From contig NC_083411.1 in NCBI RefSeq assembly GCF_020745735.1, forward strand, positions 34,927,263-34,991,262: a stretch of 64,000 nt of DNA, in the 5' to 3' direction. Source of the DNA: Hemiscyllium ocellatum. Taxonomy: Eukaryota. Below, piece after piece: positions 1 to 10,929 of this stretch (positions within the stretch are counted from its first letter, which is position 1; every line of letters starts with the position of its first letter). A program made the position numbers and the translations under genes. Under the pieces are notes generated by a model. The model searched no databases. It was not told the origin of the DNA and saw only the letters and a list, made by a program, of their open reading frames with translations.

Positions 1-169
1 GGGCTATAAGTTTGATAGTTTTTAATCCTGTTAATTTCACCCAAATGTTTTGTTCACCAGTATTAGTTACTTAAAGTTCATCACTCCAATTGTAATTTCA
101 CACAATCTTTCTGCCATTAAAATGCTTATTTCCATATTTTAATATCACATGACCATAATTGACACACTG

Positions 170-430
170 TTGTAAGGATGTGAATGCATTGGAGGGAGTG
201 CAGAAGATGTTTATGTGAAAGATTCAGGAATGAGATAATTTTGTAATGAAGAAACACAAAGGTGTTGAGACAGTTTCCTTGGAAAGGTGAAGATTACGAG
301 GAAATTTGAAAGAAGCTTTCAATTTCATAAATTTTTGGCAGGGGATATCGGGAAAGCCTGTTCCTATTAAAACGATTGAGAACCAGAAGGCACATAGTAT
401 TAAAATGTGTTTTGAAAAAGCAGCAAATAT
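170..430 (+). mobile_element. Old CR1 LINE 3' RT fragment (continues at ~3715-3955 after an insertion)
   Basis: aaggatgtgaatgcattggagggagtgcagaag = KDVNALEGVQK, matching CR1 KDVEALERVQRRF. The CR1 3' end resumes at ~3718 (gtgagaaataac...gaggcaggttcaattgagatattcaagagg). Confidence 0.6.
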
Positions 431-1066
431 TATAAGGAACTTATTTTAAGACTGTGAACGACAAAATAGAGAAAGGTACTGCTTTGAACCCAAAAACCTG
501 TGGAAAAAGATGTTGTAGTTTTTAAAATGAGGTACGGGAACTCATTGCATCTATAATGTTGCTTTATTAAAGCAGTTGGGAAGGTTTAAGATATGTGTGC
601 AAGGCAGTTTTGCCAGGAAAAGGTCTTTTGATAGAGAAACCTGCATGGGAAATTTGAGAGAGTTCAGGAGTGCTGAGCAGTTACAGTCACGTGATTGGTT
701 CCTGGGAAAGTAGCTGAAGACCTGTATATGGATAAACATCCAGCCAGCAAAGAGAAAACATCTCACACTTACCTTTTTGTTGATCCTGTTAGGAGAAGTA
801 ACAGAAAATTTCCTGGTAATTTTCTCATTCCCTATTTCCATGTAATTTGCTCACTGTCAATTCCTATGATGAAAGGAAAAAGGGGAGAAAATACTTTCAG
901 AGGTCCTGAAAAAGCAAATTCTTAAAATGAATAACGCACATTAGCAAATAATCAGATGGAGTCGAAAACAACTTGAAAAAAAAATCAGGTCATTGATGTT
1001 TGTTATCTAGAGTGGTATCACAGCAATGCTTCTTTGTCTGTTTTACCTTCCCTACTCATAATTCAA

Positions 1067-3243
1067 CAATAGAACATAGAACAATACAGCGCAGAACAGG
1101 CCCTTTGGCCCTCGATGTTGTGCCAACCTGTGAACTATTCTCAGCTAGTCCCCCTACACTATCCCAAAATCATCCATGTGCTTATCTAAGGATTGTTTAA
1201 ACCTCCCTAATGTGGCTGAGTTGACTACGTTAGCAGGTAGGGCATTCCACACCCTTACCACTCTCTGCGTAAAGAACCTGCCTCTGACATCTATCTTAAA
1301 CCTTTCACCCCTAAATTTGTAATTATGCCACCTCGTACACATTGACGTCATCATCCTAGGAAAAAGACTTTCACTGTCTACCCTATCTAATCCTCTGATC
1401 ATCTTGTATGTCTCTATCAAATCCCCTCTTAGCCTTCTTCTTTCCAATGAGAACAGGTTCAAGTCTCTCAGCCTTTCCTCATAAGACCTTCCCTCCAGAC
1501 CAGGCAACATCCTGGTAAATCTCCTCTGCACCTCCTCCAATGCTTCCACATCCTTCCCGAAATATGAGGGCCAGAACTGTACACAATATTCCAAGTGTGG
1601 CAGCACTAGCGTTAGTTGCAGCATGATATTGCAGCTCTGGAACTCAATCCCTCTACGAATGAAACCTATCACACCATATGCCTTCTTAACAACACTATCC
1701 ACCTGGGTGGCAACTTTCAGGGATCTATGTACGTGAACTCCAAGATCCCTCTGCACATTCACACTACCAAGAATCTTTGCATCACCCAGTACTCTGCCTT
1801 CCTGTTATTCTTCCAAAGTGCATCACCTCACATTTATTTGCATTGAACTCCATTTGCCTCTTCTCAGCCCAATTCTACAGTTTATCCAAGTCCCACTGCA
1901 ACCTGTAATATTCTTCCACACTGTCCACTACTCCACCAACCTTAGTGTCATCTGCAAATTTATTAATCAATCCACCTATGCCTACATCGAAGTCATTTAT
2001 AAAACTGACAAAGAGCAGTGGTTCCAAAATAGATGCTTGTGGCACATCACTAGTAACTGGACTCGAGGCTGAATATTTTCCATCAACCACCACTCGCTGC
2101 CTTCTTACAGAAAGCCAGTTTCTCATCCAAACTGCTAAATCACCCTTAATTCCATGCCTCTGCATTTTCTCCAACAGCTTACCATGTGGAAACTTATCAA
2201 AGGCTTTACTGAAGTCCATGTATACCACGTCAACTGCCCTACCCTCATTTGCATACTTGGTCACCTTCTCAAAAAACTCAATGAGGTTTGTGAGACATGA
2301 TCTGCCCTTGATGAAACCATGTTGACTATCTGAAATCAAACTATTGCTTGCTAGATGATTATAAATCTTATCTCTTATTATCCTTTCCAAAACCTTTCCC
2401 ACAGCAGAAGTAAGGCTCACTGGTCTATAATTGCCTGGGCCATCTTTACTTCCCTTCTTGAACAAGAGCACAACATTTGCAATCCTCTCGTCCTCTGGTA
2501 CCAAACATGTAGACAATGACAACTCAAATATCAAAACCAAAGGCTCTGCTATCTCCTCCCTAGCTTCCCAGAGAATCCTCAGATAAATCCCATCCACCCC
2601 AGGGGATTTGTCTACTTTAACTCCTTCTAGAATTGATAACACCTGTTCATAACTAACCTCGATCCTTTCTCGTCTAATATCTCATATTTCATTCTTCTCC
2701 TCAACAATATTCTCATTTAGCACCTCTCCTAACTCCACAGGGTCCACACTCAACTTCCCACTTCTGTCTTTGATTGGGCCTATTCCTAGCCTACTCATTC
2801 ATTTATTCCTCACATACCTATAGAAAGCTTTAGGGTTCTCCTTCATTCTATTTGCTGAAGATTGCTCGTGTCCTCTCTTTGCTCTTCTTAACTCTCTCTT
2901 TAAATCCTTCCTGGCTGATTTGTAACTCTCCATCGCCTCATCTGAACAATCTTGCCTCATCAACACATAAGCCTCCTTCTTCTTCGTAACAAGAGATGCA
3001 ATTTCTGTAGTAAACCACGGTTCCCTTACCGTATCACTTCCTCCCTGCCTGACAGGGACATATCTATCAAGGACACACAATATCTGTTCCTTAAACCTGC
3101 TCCACATTTCCATTCTCTGCATCCCCTGCATTTTGCTCCCCCATTCTATGCATCCTAATTCTTGCCTAATCGCATTATAATTGCCCTTGCCCTATCGATA
3201 ACTCTTGACCCGTGGCATGCACCTATCCCTTTCCATCACTAAA
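1067..3243 (-). mobile_element. CR1/HER1-type LINE, 5'-truncated, ORF2 RT broken
   Basis: ORFs 2799-3131, 1875-2642 ([41 protein letters not shown]) and 1154-1762 (PHLEYCVQFW). 3' stem-loop plus (GTTCTAT)n-like tail at ~1067-1125. Confidence 0.95.
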
Positions 3244-3271
3244 CCTGTTTCGTCTCTTTGTGTCAAGGGCG

Positions 3272-3445
3272 TGCAGGTCAGGCAGCCTCCAAATCAATGT
3301 TTAGGGCAAAAGCCCTTCATCAGGAAAGCCTTTCATTCTTGAAGGGCTTTTATCCGAAACGTCAATGTTCCTGTTCCTCGGATGCGGCTGTGCTTTTCCA
3401 GCACCGCACCCTTGGCTCTAATCTCCAGCATCTGCAGTACTTTTG
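3272..3445. mobile_element. Palindromic PLE terminal-repeat remnant with two inverted, degenerate hammerhead motifs
   Basis: agggcaaaagcccttcatcagga (minus-strand CTGATGAAGGGCTTTTGCCC) faces gaagggcttttatccgaaacgtc (plus). Flanks match the PLE ends at 16260-16357 and 47545-47641. Confidence 0.75.
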
Positions 3446-3989
3446 CCTTGTCTCTTTGTGTGTCTCAATGTGTATTCGCTTTTAGAGTTGTAAGTTGGCA
3501 ATTCATTTTTGTAACCTTTGATTAAAAATAGATAGATAAGTTATTTTCTTATTAATTGAAAGAAAAACTTGGTATGAATTTTCTTTTTACCTGAAGCAGA
3601 AAATTAGGTAAAATTAGACAATTTGGTGCTTTAATCAAATTTTCTCATTTGCGATGATTCCAGGACAGTGGAACTTGTTTTCCAAGACACTATCCCAGTG
3701 AGTCATAACATTTTATAATGTGAGAAATAACATTTTCATACAGTTAGAGATTGGAAAGCACAGTCTGCAGAATGGTAGAGGCAGGTTCAATTGAGATATT
3801 CAAGAGGGCTTTAGACAATTATTTAAATAGAACCAGGTGGAGGGTTGAGACAAGGAAAAGATGGGAAATTAGCACTAAGATAAAATGTTCAGAGAAGCTG
3901 TGCAGACAGAAAGGGCTGGACAGCTTACTCCTGCACTATAACAATTCTGTGACTCTGACTTTGCCTTTGATCATCTGCTGGAGAAATTG

Positions 3990-4440
3990 CATACATGATT
4001 TTGTTACCTGCACACTCATTGAATCTAATCAGCTCCTGACTGGTCTCCGACATTCTACCCGCCATAAATATGAATTCATCCACAATTCTTTTGTCTATAT
4101 ATTAAGGTGCAGCAATGTGCTTATTATGAAATCTCCCCATTGCTTTGCCCTGCGCTACCTCTAATTTCATCCACCCCTCAGCCCTTCAAAACATCTGCAT
4201 TTCTTTAACTTTAACTTGTGCATTTCCAGTTTTAATTACTCCACCCTTGTAGCTTTCATTTGCCTTGACCTCAAGTGCTGGGAATACCCTTCCTTCACCA
4301 CTGTACCTCTCTCTTTTGCTATTCTCCTTTAAGAGACTCCTTTAAGCCTACTGTATTGAACAAGTTTTTGGCCATCTGACCTAATCTTCATTATTTACAT
4401 CCTGCCCCTGTGAAGAGCTTTGCAATGTTTCATTAGATTG
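3990..4440 (+). mobile_element. L2/CR1-like LINE 3' fragment, highly decayed
   Basis: Similar to 24910-25380 (ctcctgactggtctcc...ctcctttaagagactcctt). Confidence 0.4.
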
Positions 4441-4939
4441 TAGTTAATCATTTTTGTTGTACGGCAAATCTTCTATTATGAAGATAGTTGAAGACAACCC
4501 TTGTAAACATCTCTACATTTTGGTGTTTCCACCATTTACTCTCCTATCTTTGCCTCCAAGGGATCCATACTTATATTCATGAAAAATATTCTTTTTTCAT
4601 ATACTGTTTCATTTGTCGATGGGACGCAGGCATTGTTATTCAACTGGAGATGTGGCAATGAGCTGCTTTTGTGAACTATTGCACTATTTGAGGTGTCGAG
4701 ACACTCACGGAGCCATTTCAAGATTTTCATCCAGTGACATACGAGATATGGTAAAATGGTTCCAAGATAGGGTGGTGTGTAGCTTGGAGGGTTAGTTGAG
4801 GATAGTCGTGTTCCCTTGTATCTGCTGGCTTTGTCCTTCTAGATGGTAGAGGTTATGTGTTTTGTCTGAGAAGCCTTGGGAAATTACTGTGAAATGTCTT
4901 GCAGTCTATATTTCATATATCTTGGCAAAGTCCTATTTC

Positions 4940-5450
4940 TCTCACTATTATGTAAAAATGATCATTAAATATGACCCTCTGCTTTCTGTCCCTTATCTTT
5001 TTAATATCTGTACAATCACTGTCCCTTCAATCTTACGTGACTTAATTTTGTAAAAATGGATATAATGGAGTTTTGTCAAATACCTTTAGGTGTGCATAGA
5101 CAGCTTCTATGTCATGTATGCTTCCTAAGTAAAGAATATCCCTGAACATTCATTTCCCATCTGGTCACCCTGCAACAACATCTCCGTAGTGGGAACTGAA
5201 TTTAACTTGATTTGTGGCACCAAATCATCAGCATTGCAGATAGAGAGTGTTCCTAGCTTTGTTCTTTTTTCAGAAAAGTGTTATTTGGCTTTCTGATCCT
5301 ATTGGTTTCTGTCTTCATTTAATCTGCCTTCTAATTCTGCTTGCTGCTTTTCTATATCCTGTTTCCAGTTTAGCTTTTTTCCAATCTGAGCTCCCCCTTC
5401 CAAGTTCCCATCCCATGACCAAACTAGTTTAAACTCTCCTCAACAGAACA
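4940..5450 (-). mobile_element. Old CR1 fragment spanning ORF1 end, linker and endonuclease start
   Basis: Minus strand reads ggagagtttaaactagtttggtcatgggatgggaac, the same junction as the copies at 12293 and 62776. Decayed endonuclease sequence follows. Confidence 0.6.
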
Positions 5451-5474
5451 AAGGAAGCTAGGGATGTGATTGTT

Positions 5475-6825
5475 GGGGCCCTTACTGAGACATTTGTATG
5501 ATCGATAGTCACAGATAAGGTGCCAGATGACTGGAGTTTGGTTAACATGGTACCACTATTTAAGAAAGGTGGCAAGGGAAAAGCCAGGGAAATATAAACC
5601 AGTGAGCTTGACGTTGGTGTTGGGTAAGTTGTTGGAAGGAATCCAGAGGGACAGGATTTACATGTATTTGGAAAGGCGAAGACTGATGAGGGACACTCAG
5701 CATGGCTTTGTGTGTGGGAAATCATGTCTCATGAACTGGATTGAATTTTTTGAAGACGTAACAAAGAGGGCAGAGTGGTGGACATGATCTATATGGACTT
5801 CAGTAAGGCGTTTGACAAGATTGCTCACAGGAGACTGGTTAAAAAGGTTAGGTCTCATGGAATACAGGGAGAACTAGACATTTGGATACAGAACTGGCTC
5901 AAAGGTAGAAGACAGAGGGTGGTGTTGGAGGGTTGCCTTTCAGAGTGGATGCCTGTGATCAGTGGAGTGCCACAAGGATCCATGCTGAGTCCACTACTTT
6001 TCGTCATTTATATAAATGATTTGGATATGAACATAGGAGGCATGTTTAGTAAGTTTGCAGATGACACCAAAATTGGAGGTGTACTGGACAGTGAAGACAG
6101 ATACCTCAGGGTACAATGAGATCTTGATCAGATGGACCAATGGGTTGAGGATGGCAGATGGAGTTTAATTTAGATAAATGTGAGTTGCTGCATTTTGGAA
6201 AAGCAAATCAGAGCAGAAATTATACACTTTATGGTAAGGTCCTGGGAAGTGTTGCTGAACAAAGAGTTGGGAGGTCATGTACAAGATATTAGTTAGACTA
6301 CTTTTGGAATATTCTGCGCAATTCTGGTCTCCTTCCTATCGGAAAGATGTTGTGAAATTTGAAAGGGTTCAGAAAAGATTTACAAGGATGTTGCCAGGGT
6401 TAGAGGATTTGAGCAATAAGGAGAGCTTGAATAGGCTGGGGCTTTTTTTCCCTGGAGCGTCGGAGGCTGAGGGATGACCTTACAGAGGTTTATAAAATCC
6501 TGAAGGGCAGGATAGGATAAATAGATAAAGTCTTTTGCCTGGGTTGAGGGAGTCCAGAACTAAAGGGCAAAGGTTTATGGTGAGAGGGGAAAGATATAAA
6601 AGGGACTCAAGGGCAACTTTTTCCGCATGGAGAGTGGTGCATGTATGAAATAAGATGCAAAAGGAAGTGGTGGAGGCTGGTACAATTGTAGCATTTGAAA
6701 GGCATCTGGATTGATATATGAAAAAGAAGGGTTAGAGGGATATGGGCCAAGTGTAAGCAAATAGGACTAGATTAGATTAGGATATCTAGTCAGCATGGAT
6801 GAGTTGCACTGAAGGGTCTGTTTCC
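5475..6825 (+). mobile_element. CR1 LINE RT region to 3' UTR, decayed
   Basis: ORFs 5527-5787, 5775-6119 ([23 protein letters not shown]) and 6277-6477. 3' UTR ends gaagggtctgtttcc with no tail repeats. Confidence 0.9.
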
Positions 6826-7232
6826 CAGGGAAAAGGGACTTTGTCCTATCCATGCCCCTCATGACTTTACAAACTCTGTCATGTCACCCGTCAGCCTCCC
6901 ATGCTCCAGGGAAAATAGCCCCAGCCTATTCAGCTTCTCCCTATAGCTCAAATCCTCCAACTCTGGCAATATCCTCATAAATCTTTTCTGAACCCTTTCG
7001 AGCTTTCCAACATCTTTCCAATAGGAAGGAGACCAGAATTGCAAGCAATATTTCAAAAGTGGCCTACCCAATGTCCTGTACAGCCGCAACATGACCTCCC
7101 AACTCCTGTACTCAATGCTCTGACAATAAAGTAAGGCATACCAAATGCTTTCTTCACTATCCTATCTATATGCAACTTTACTTTCAAGGAACTATGAATC
7201 TGCACTCCAAGGTCTCTTTGTTCAACCACATT
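6826..7232 (-). mobile_element. CR1 LINE fragment, inverted relative to the preceding copy
   Basis: ORF 6859-7092 (LRLYRTLGRPLLKYCLQFWSP). Confidence 0.85.
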
Positions 7233-7234
7233 TC

Positions 7235-10200
7235 CTAGGATCTTATGTTTTCAACTGAGCCAGAAGGCATGCTTAAAGCTATGATTACTTTACACAGTGG
7301 ATAAAATATTAAATGCAGAATAAGAAAGTGAATCTCAAAGCAAGTATCTAAATTGGTATAGGTTTGGAGACTATGTACCACATCCATACAGTGATACAAA
7401 ACCAATCTGCTTATATACACCAAAAAAATTCAAGAAGGAAACAGTGTTAAAACCAAACAGGTCATTATGAATCTGTACGTACATATCTTAATTTAATGAA
7501 GCAATAGAATGCAAAAGCCATCCAATCATTTCAGTGGGTAAAGCCAGCCAAGGGCATTCTAGTCATCAAATTGGATGTTGACAGCAGAATTTTACAATTA
7601 CCTCTAGATTGAAACTTCAGTAAGCTGACATTTATTTCACCATTTAGGCATTATTGCTTCAAAAGATATCTTTCAGAGAACAATGTCAAAATACATTGGA
7701 AAGCATGGAGGAGTAATATATCACATGAGTGACATACTAATGCATGGAGCTAGGAAGAATATGTCCAAAAGTTAAAACAGTCATTAAAGTGCTTCAACAT
7801 GCAGTTCAAACACTGAATGAAAAATCTATATTTGCAAAATCTAAAAGAAAATTTCTTGGCACTTTACCCAAGCTAAAGGAATTGCAGTTGATTATCTAAA
7901 ACCTGGATTATTATGGAATATTCACCACCTAGCAACATAACAGGTCATTAAAGATTCCTCAGGAGATTGAATGAAGTAGGTAAACCTATTTACCAACGCA
8001 AACATAAATTGTTGGAGAAACTCAGTTGGTCTGGCAGCATCTCTGGAGAATAAACACAGTTAACGTTTTGAATCCAGAGATCGAACATAATGTGTGGCTA
8101 CTGACCATGTGGGAAGTTAATGCATTTTCAACAGTTTCGGGGAGAGTACCATTTCAGGTGCAAAAGAACTGGAAAGCATGGAGCAAATATTTAATCAGAT
8201 TATTTGATGGGGTTGCAGTTAAGATAAAAATCAGAATCAGTTCAGAATCAGAAGAAATGGCTGAGATGCTACCCAAAATTTAACAATTCAGACTGAAGGA
8301 TGATGTACTGCTAAATGTGCAGCTGAAATACAAAATGACATCAGACATAATGTGAAGGATACCAATGGATGCAATAGAACAAACAGCTTTAAATTTAATT
8401 GAAAATCTTGAAGCTTATACATCAGAAGTGTCAAAGCCAGATAGAAAACAAAGCTACAAGAGATTCAAGAAGAACAAGAATATGAAGTCTGCATCCACAT
8501 TAATAAAAATTGTTGAGAAAGATGGCTGGACTCTTTACCTAATAAGTACCCCATAGTGTACCAGCTTTGGACTATTCTGTGACCAACTTAGACATCTTAC
8601 TGTCATCAACAACTTGGAATTTTTCATTTAGACATTAGTAATAGCAAGAGCTCTTCAAATTGAAACTTTCAGAAAATTCATCAGAGAAATTTGATCATTT
8701 CTAAGTGTCTTGTGAGAATGCAATCAGTCTGGTGGCCAGGTATTGCACACTTTCAGAAAATGATTGCTCATTGCATTTCATGTGCAATGAACAACCTAAG
8801 GAATAAATAACTACAACCATCATCTTTTTCATTAGAACCATTGGAGTGTTCAGAAATAGATTAATTCAAGTTCAACATTAAGATTTTCATTATCATAGCA
8901 TATTACTCAAGGTGGATTCATAACAACCATTTGTAGATCACAGCAGAGGCAGTGAACAAAAACAAAATCTATTCAAAGCATAGTATTCTGAACAATGCAA
9001 TTTCAAAGAATGGTCTACAGTTTGCGAATGAACAGTTTAAAACATTCGCATGTTTATACAATTTTATTCACGTTGCAAGCCTACTGTTCTCTCTTCCAAC
9101 TAATGAGGAGAGAGTAGTCCAAACAATTAAAAAAAGTGTTATTGAAGAAGAAATATTTAAATCTTCCACAATTAATTTACAAATCATTGTCACCACAAAA
9201 CAGATTGTCACCAAATTTATTGATGGGTAGGAGGTTAGTGGCTAGATCAGTAGCTAGCACTACTGCCTTATGTGCTGGGGATCCAGGTTAAATCTCAGCC
9301 TCAGGCAACTGTCTGTCTGAAAGTTGCATGTTCTCCCTATGTCTGCGTGGATTTCTGCTGAGTGCTGTGGTTTCCTCCCACTGTCCAAAGATGTGCAGGT
9401 TAGGTTGATGCCTGTGTTAAATTGTCTGTGACGTGCACATTACATGGATCACATGGTAAGTGTGAGGTTATGGGAACAGCATGGAGGGCTGGTTCTAGGT
9501 GGGTTGCTCTTTGCTGCAGATTTGATGGGCCAAATGGCCTCATTCTGCTTGTAGGGACTCTATGGTTCTAAGTTACACAACTTCCATCTCTGTCTCAGGA
9601 ATTACAGCTTAACATTCTTGAGAATGAGAGCAAAGTAACAACCTGCTTCAAACTTTTACTAGAAATTACAAAGAACAAGATCTATCAGAACTATAGCTTG
9701 TTGAGAGAGTAAAGATATAGATCAACAGAGAAGAGGAATAATCACACCAAGAAACATCAAGCAAGGTCAAAACAGATCATGGGATGATAAGGAGGAATCA
9801 TGATACATTGATTTTATTGAACAAGAAGTTAATGGAACTATTTCTCAGAAGAAAGGGATCAAAAAAATTTCAATAACCAGTCAGAAGAGAAATAGGGAAA
9901 CTAAATGAAGGAATACTGCAGAAAATGAGTGATCTTAAAACGAGTTCTAAACAAGATGAGTAAGATCGACCACAACACCACAGAAACTAACCCTGTTACT
10001 GTCTGAGATTTTTGGGAAGATGATTATGTATTTTCTAATGAAGAGGATTATAACTTCACAGAAGATGTAGAGTAATGGGATTACCATCAGATGCATATCT
10101 AATCAGGATATAATGATGTTCTGGTCATGTGTGAGTGACATAATGAAGTAGAAAGAACAGGAAAGTAGAAGAAGCTCTATCTGAGCACGAGCGAATGCAT

Positions 10201-10255
10201 GAATAAAAATAACAAGAAAATTCTTGCAGAATGTTTCATGACTCAAGCACTACTT
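7235..10255 (+). mobile_element. Decayed Gypsy/Ty3 LTR retrotransposon (RT, RNase H, integrase, probable 3' LTR ~10067-10255)
   Basis: RT motifs: KLD..S..LQLPLD (~7568), IFQRTM (~7668), GVI.HM(S)DIL.HG (~7710). Integrase motifs: VWWPG (~8727), YYSRWI (~8901), ORF 8952-9230 SKNGLQF...ERVVQTIK (SDNGPQF..ERAVQTIK). TGTAG after a purine run at 10067. Confidence 0.8.
9240..9570 (+). mobile_element. Diverged HE1-like V-SINE inserted in the Gypsy integrase
   Basis: gttctccctatgtctgcgtggattt...tttcctcccactgtccaaagatgtgcaggttagg core; CR1-like tail. Confidence 0.75.
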
Positions 10256-10929
10256 CTTTGGAAGAGCAAAAAGAATTTGGCCCTAATTACAAACCAATCA
10301 GTTTCGTCTTATGTTAGCCCCTGATCAATGCTCAAATTTTCTCTGCACTTCTTACTCATTGTTTTATGACAGTCATGTACTTTCTAGATATTATATTCAG
10401 CTTGGTTGACCTTCTGATTCTCAAGCAATTCATCATAGTTTGCAGATGGAAAATATATTTCACAACATTGAAAGAAAACTAAACAACTGTGAACTTGGCA
10501 AGAAGAGGAGTTGGTTGTTTCAGTCATATAGTGAAGCCCAAATCAAATCCATTTATGTTTCCAATCACATTGAATGAGCAACATATGGAGTTGTGTTAGT
10601 CCTCATCATGTAGCTGTGGTCAATCAGTTACAACTTGCCCACCTGTGGTTTTCACTCTGTCTCACACCTGCACAAAAAGAAAGAATAAAAAAGAAAAAAA
10701 AGAAAAAGAAGTTCCAACTTTCCAGATTTCTCTATTCCAGAGATAGTTTATTGAACAACAGTCATGAGAAAAGTGAAAATAACGTCTCCATAAGTGAGGT
10801 AGTGTAAACATTAGCATCTGGTGGACATAAGGTAAGATGAGGTCATAGTATCAATCAATACCTTTTTTAGCTCTTTTAAAATCCTGTAGGGATCTTAAAA
10901 CTAAAATAATCAAATTTATTGAATTGCCC

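Larger units (their letters stand above)
429..3710 (+). mobile_element. Probable decayed solo-LTR-like insertion, itself interrupted by a CR1 and a PLE palindrome
   Basis: Splits the old CR1. Starts tattata (about TGTTAT) and ends gtcataaca. No clean TSD. Confidence 0.3.
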
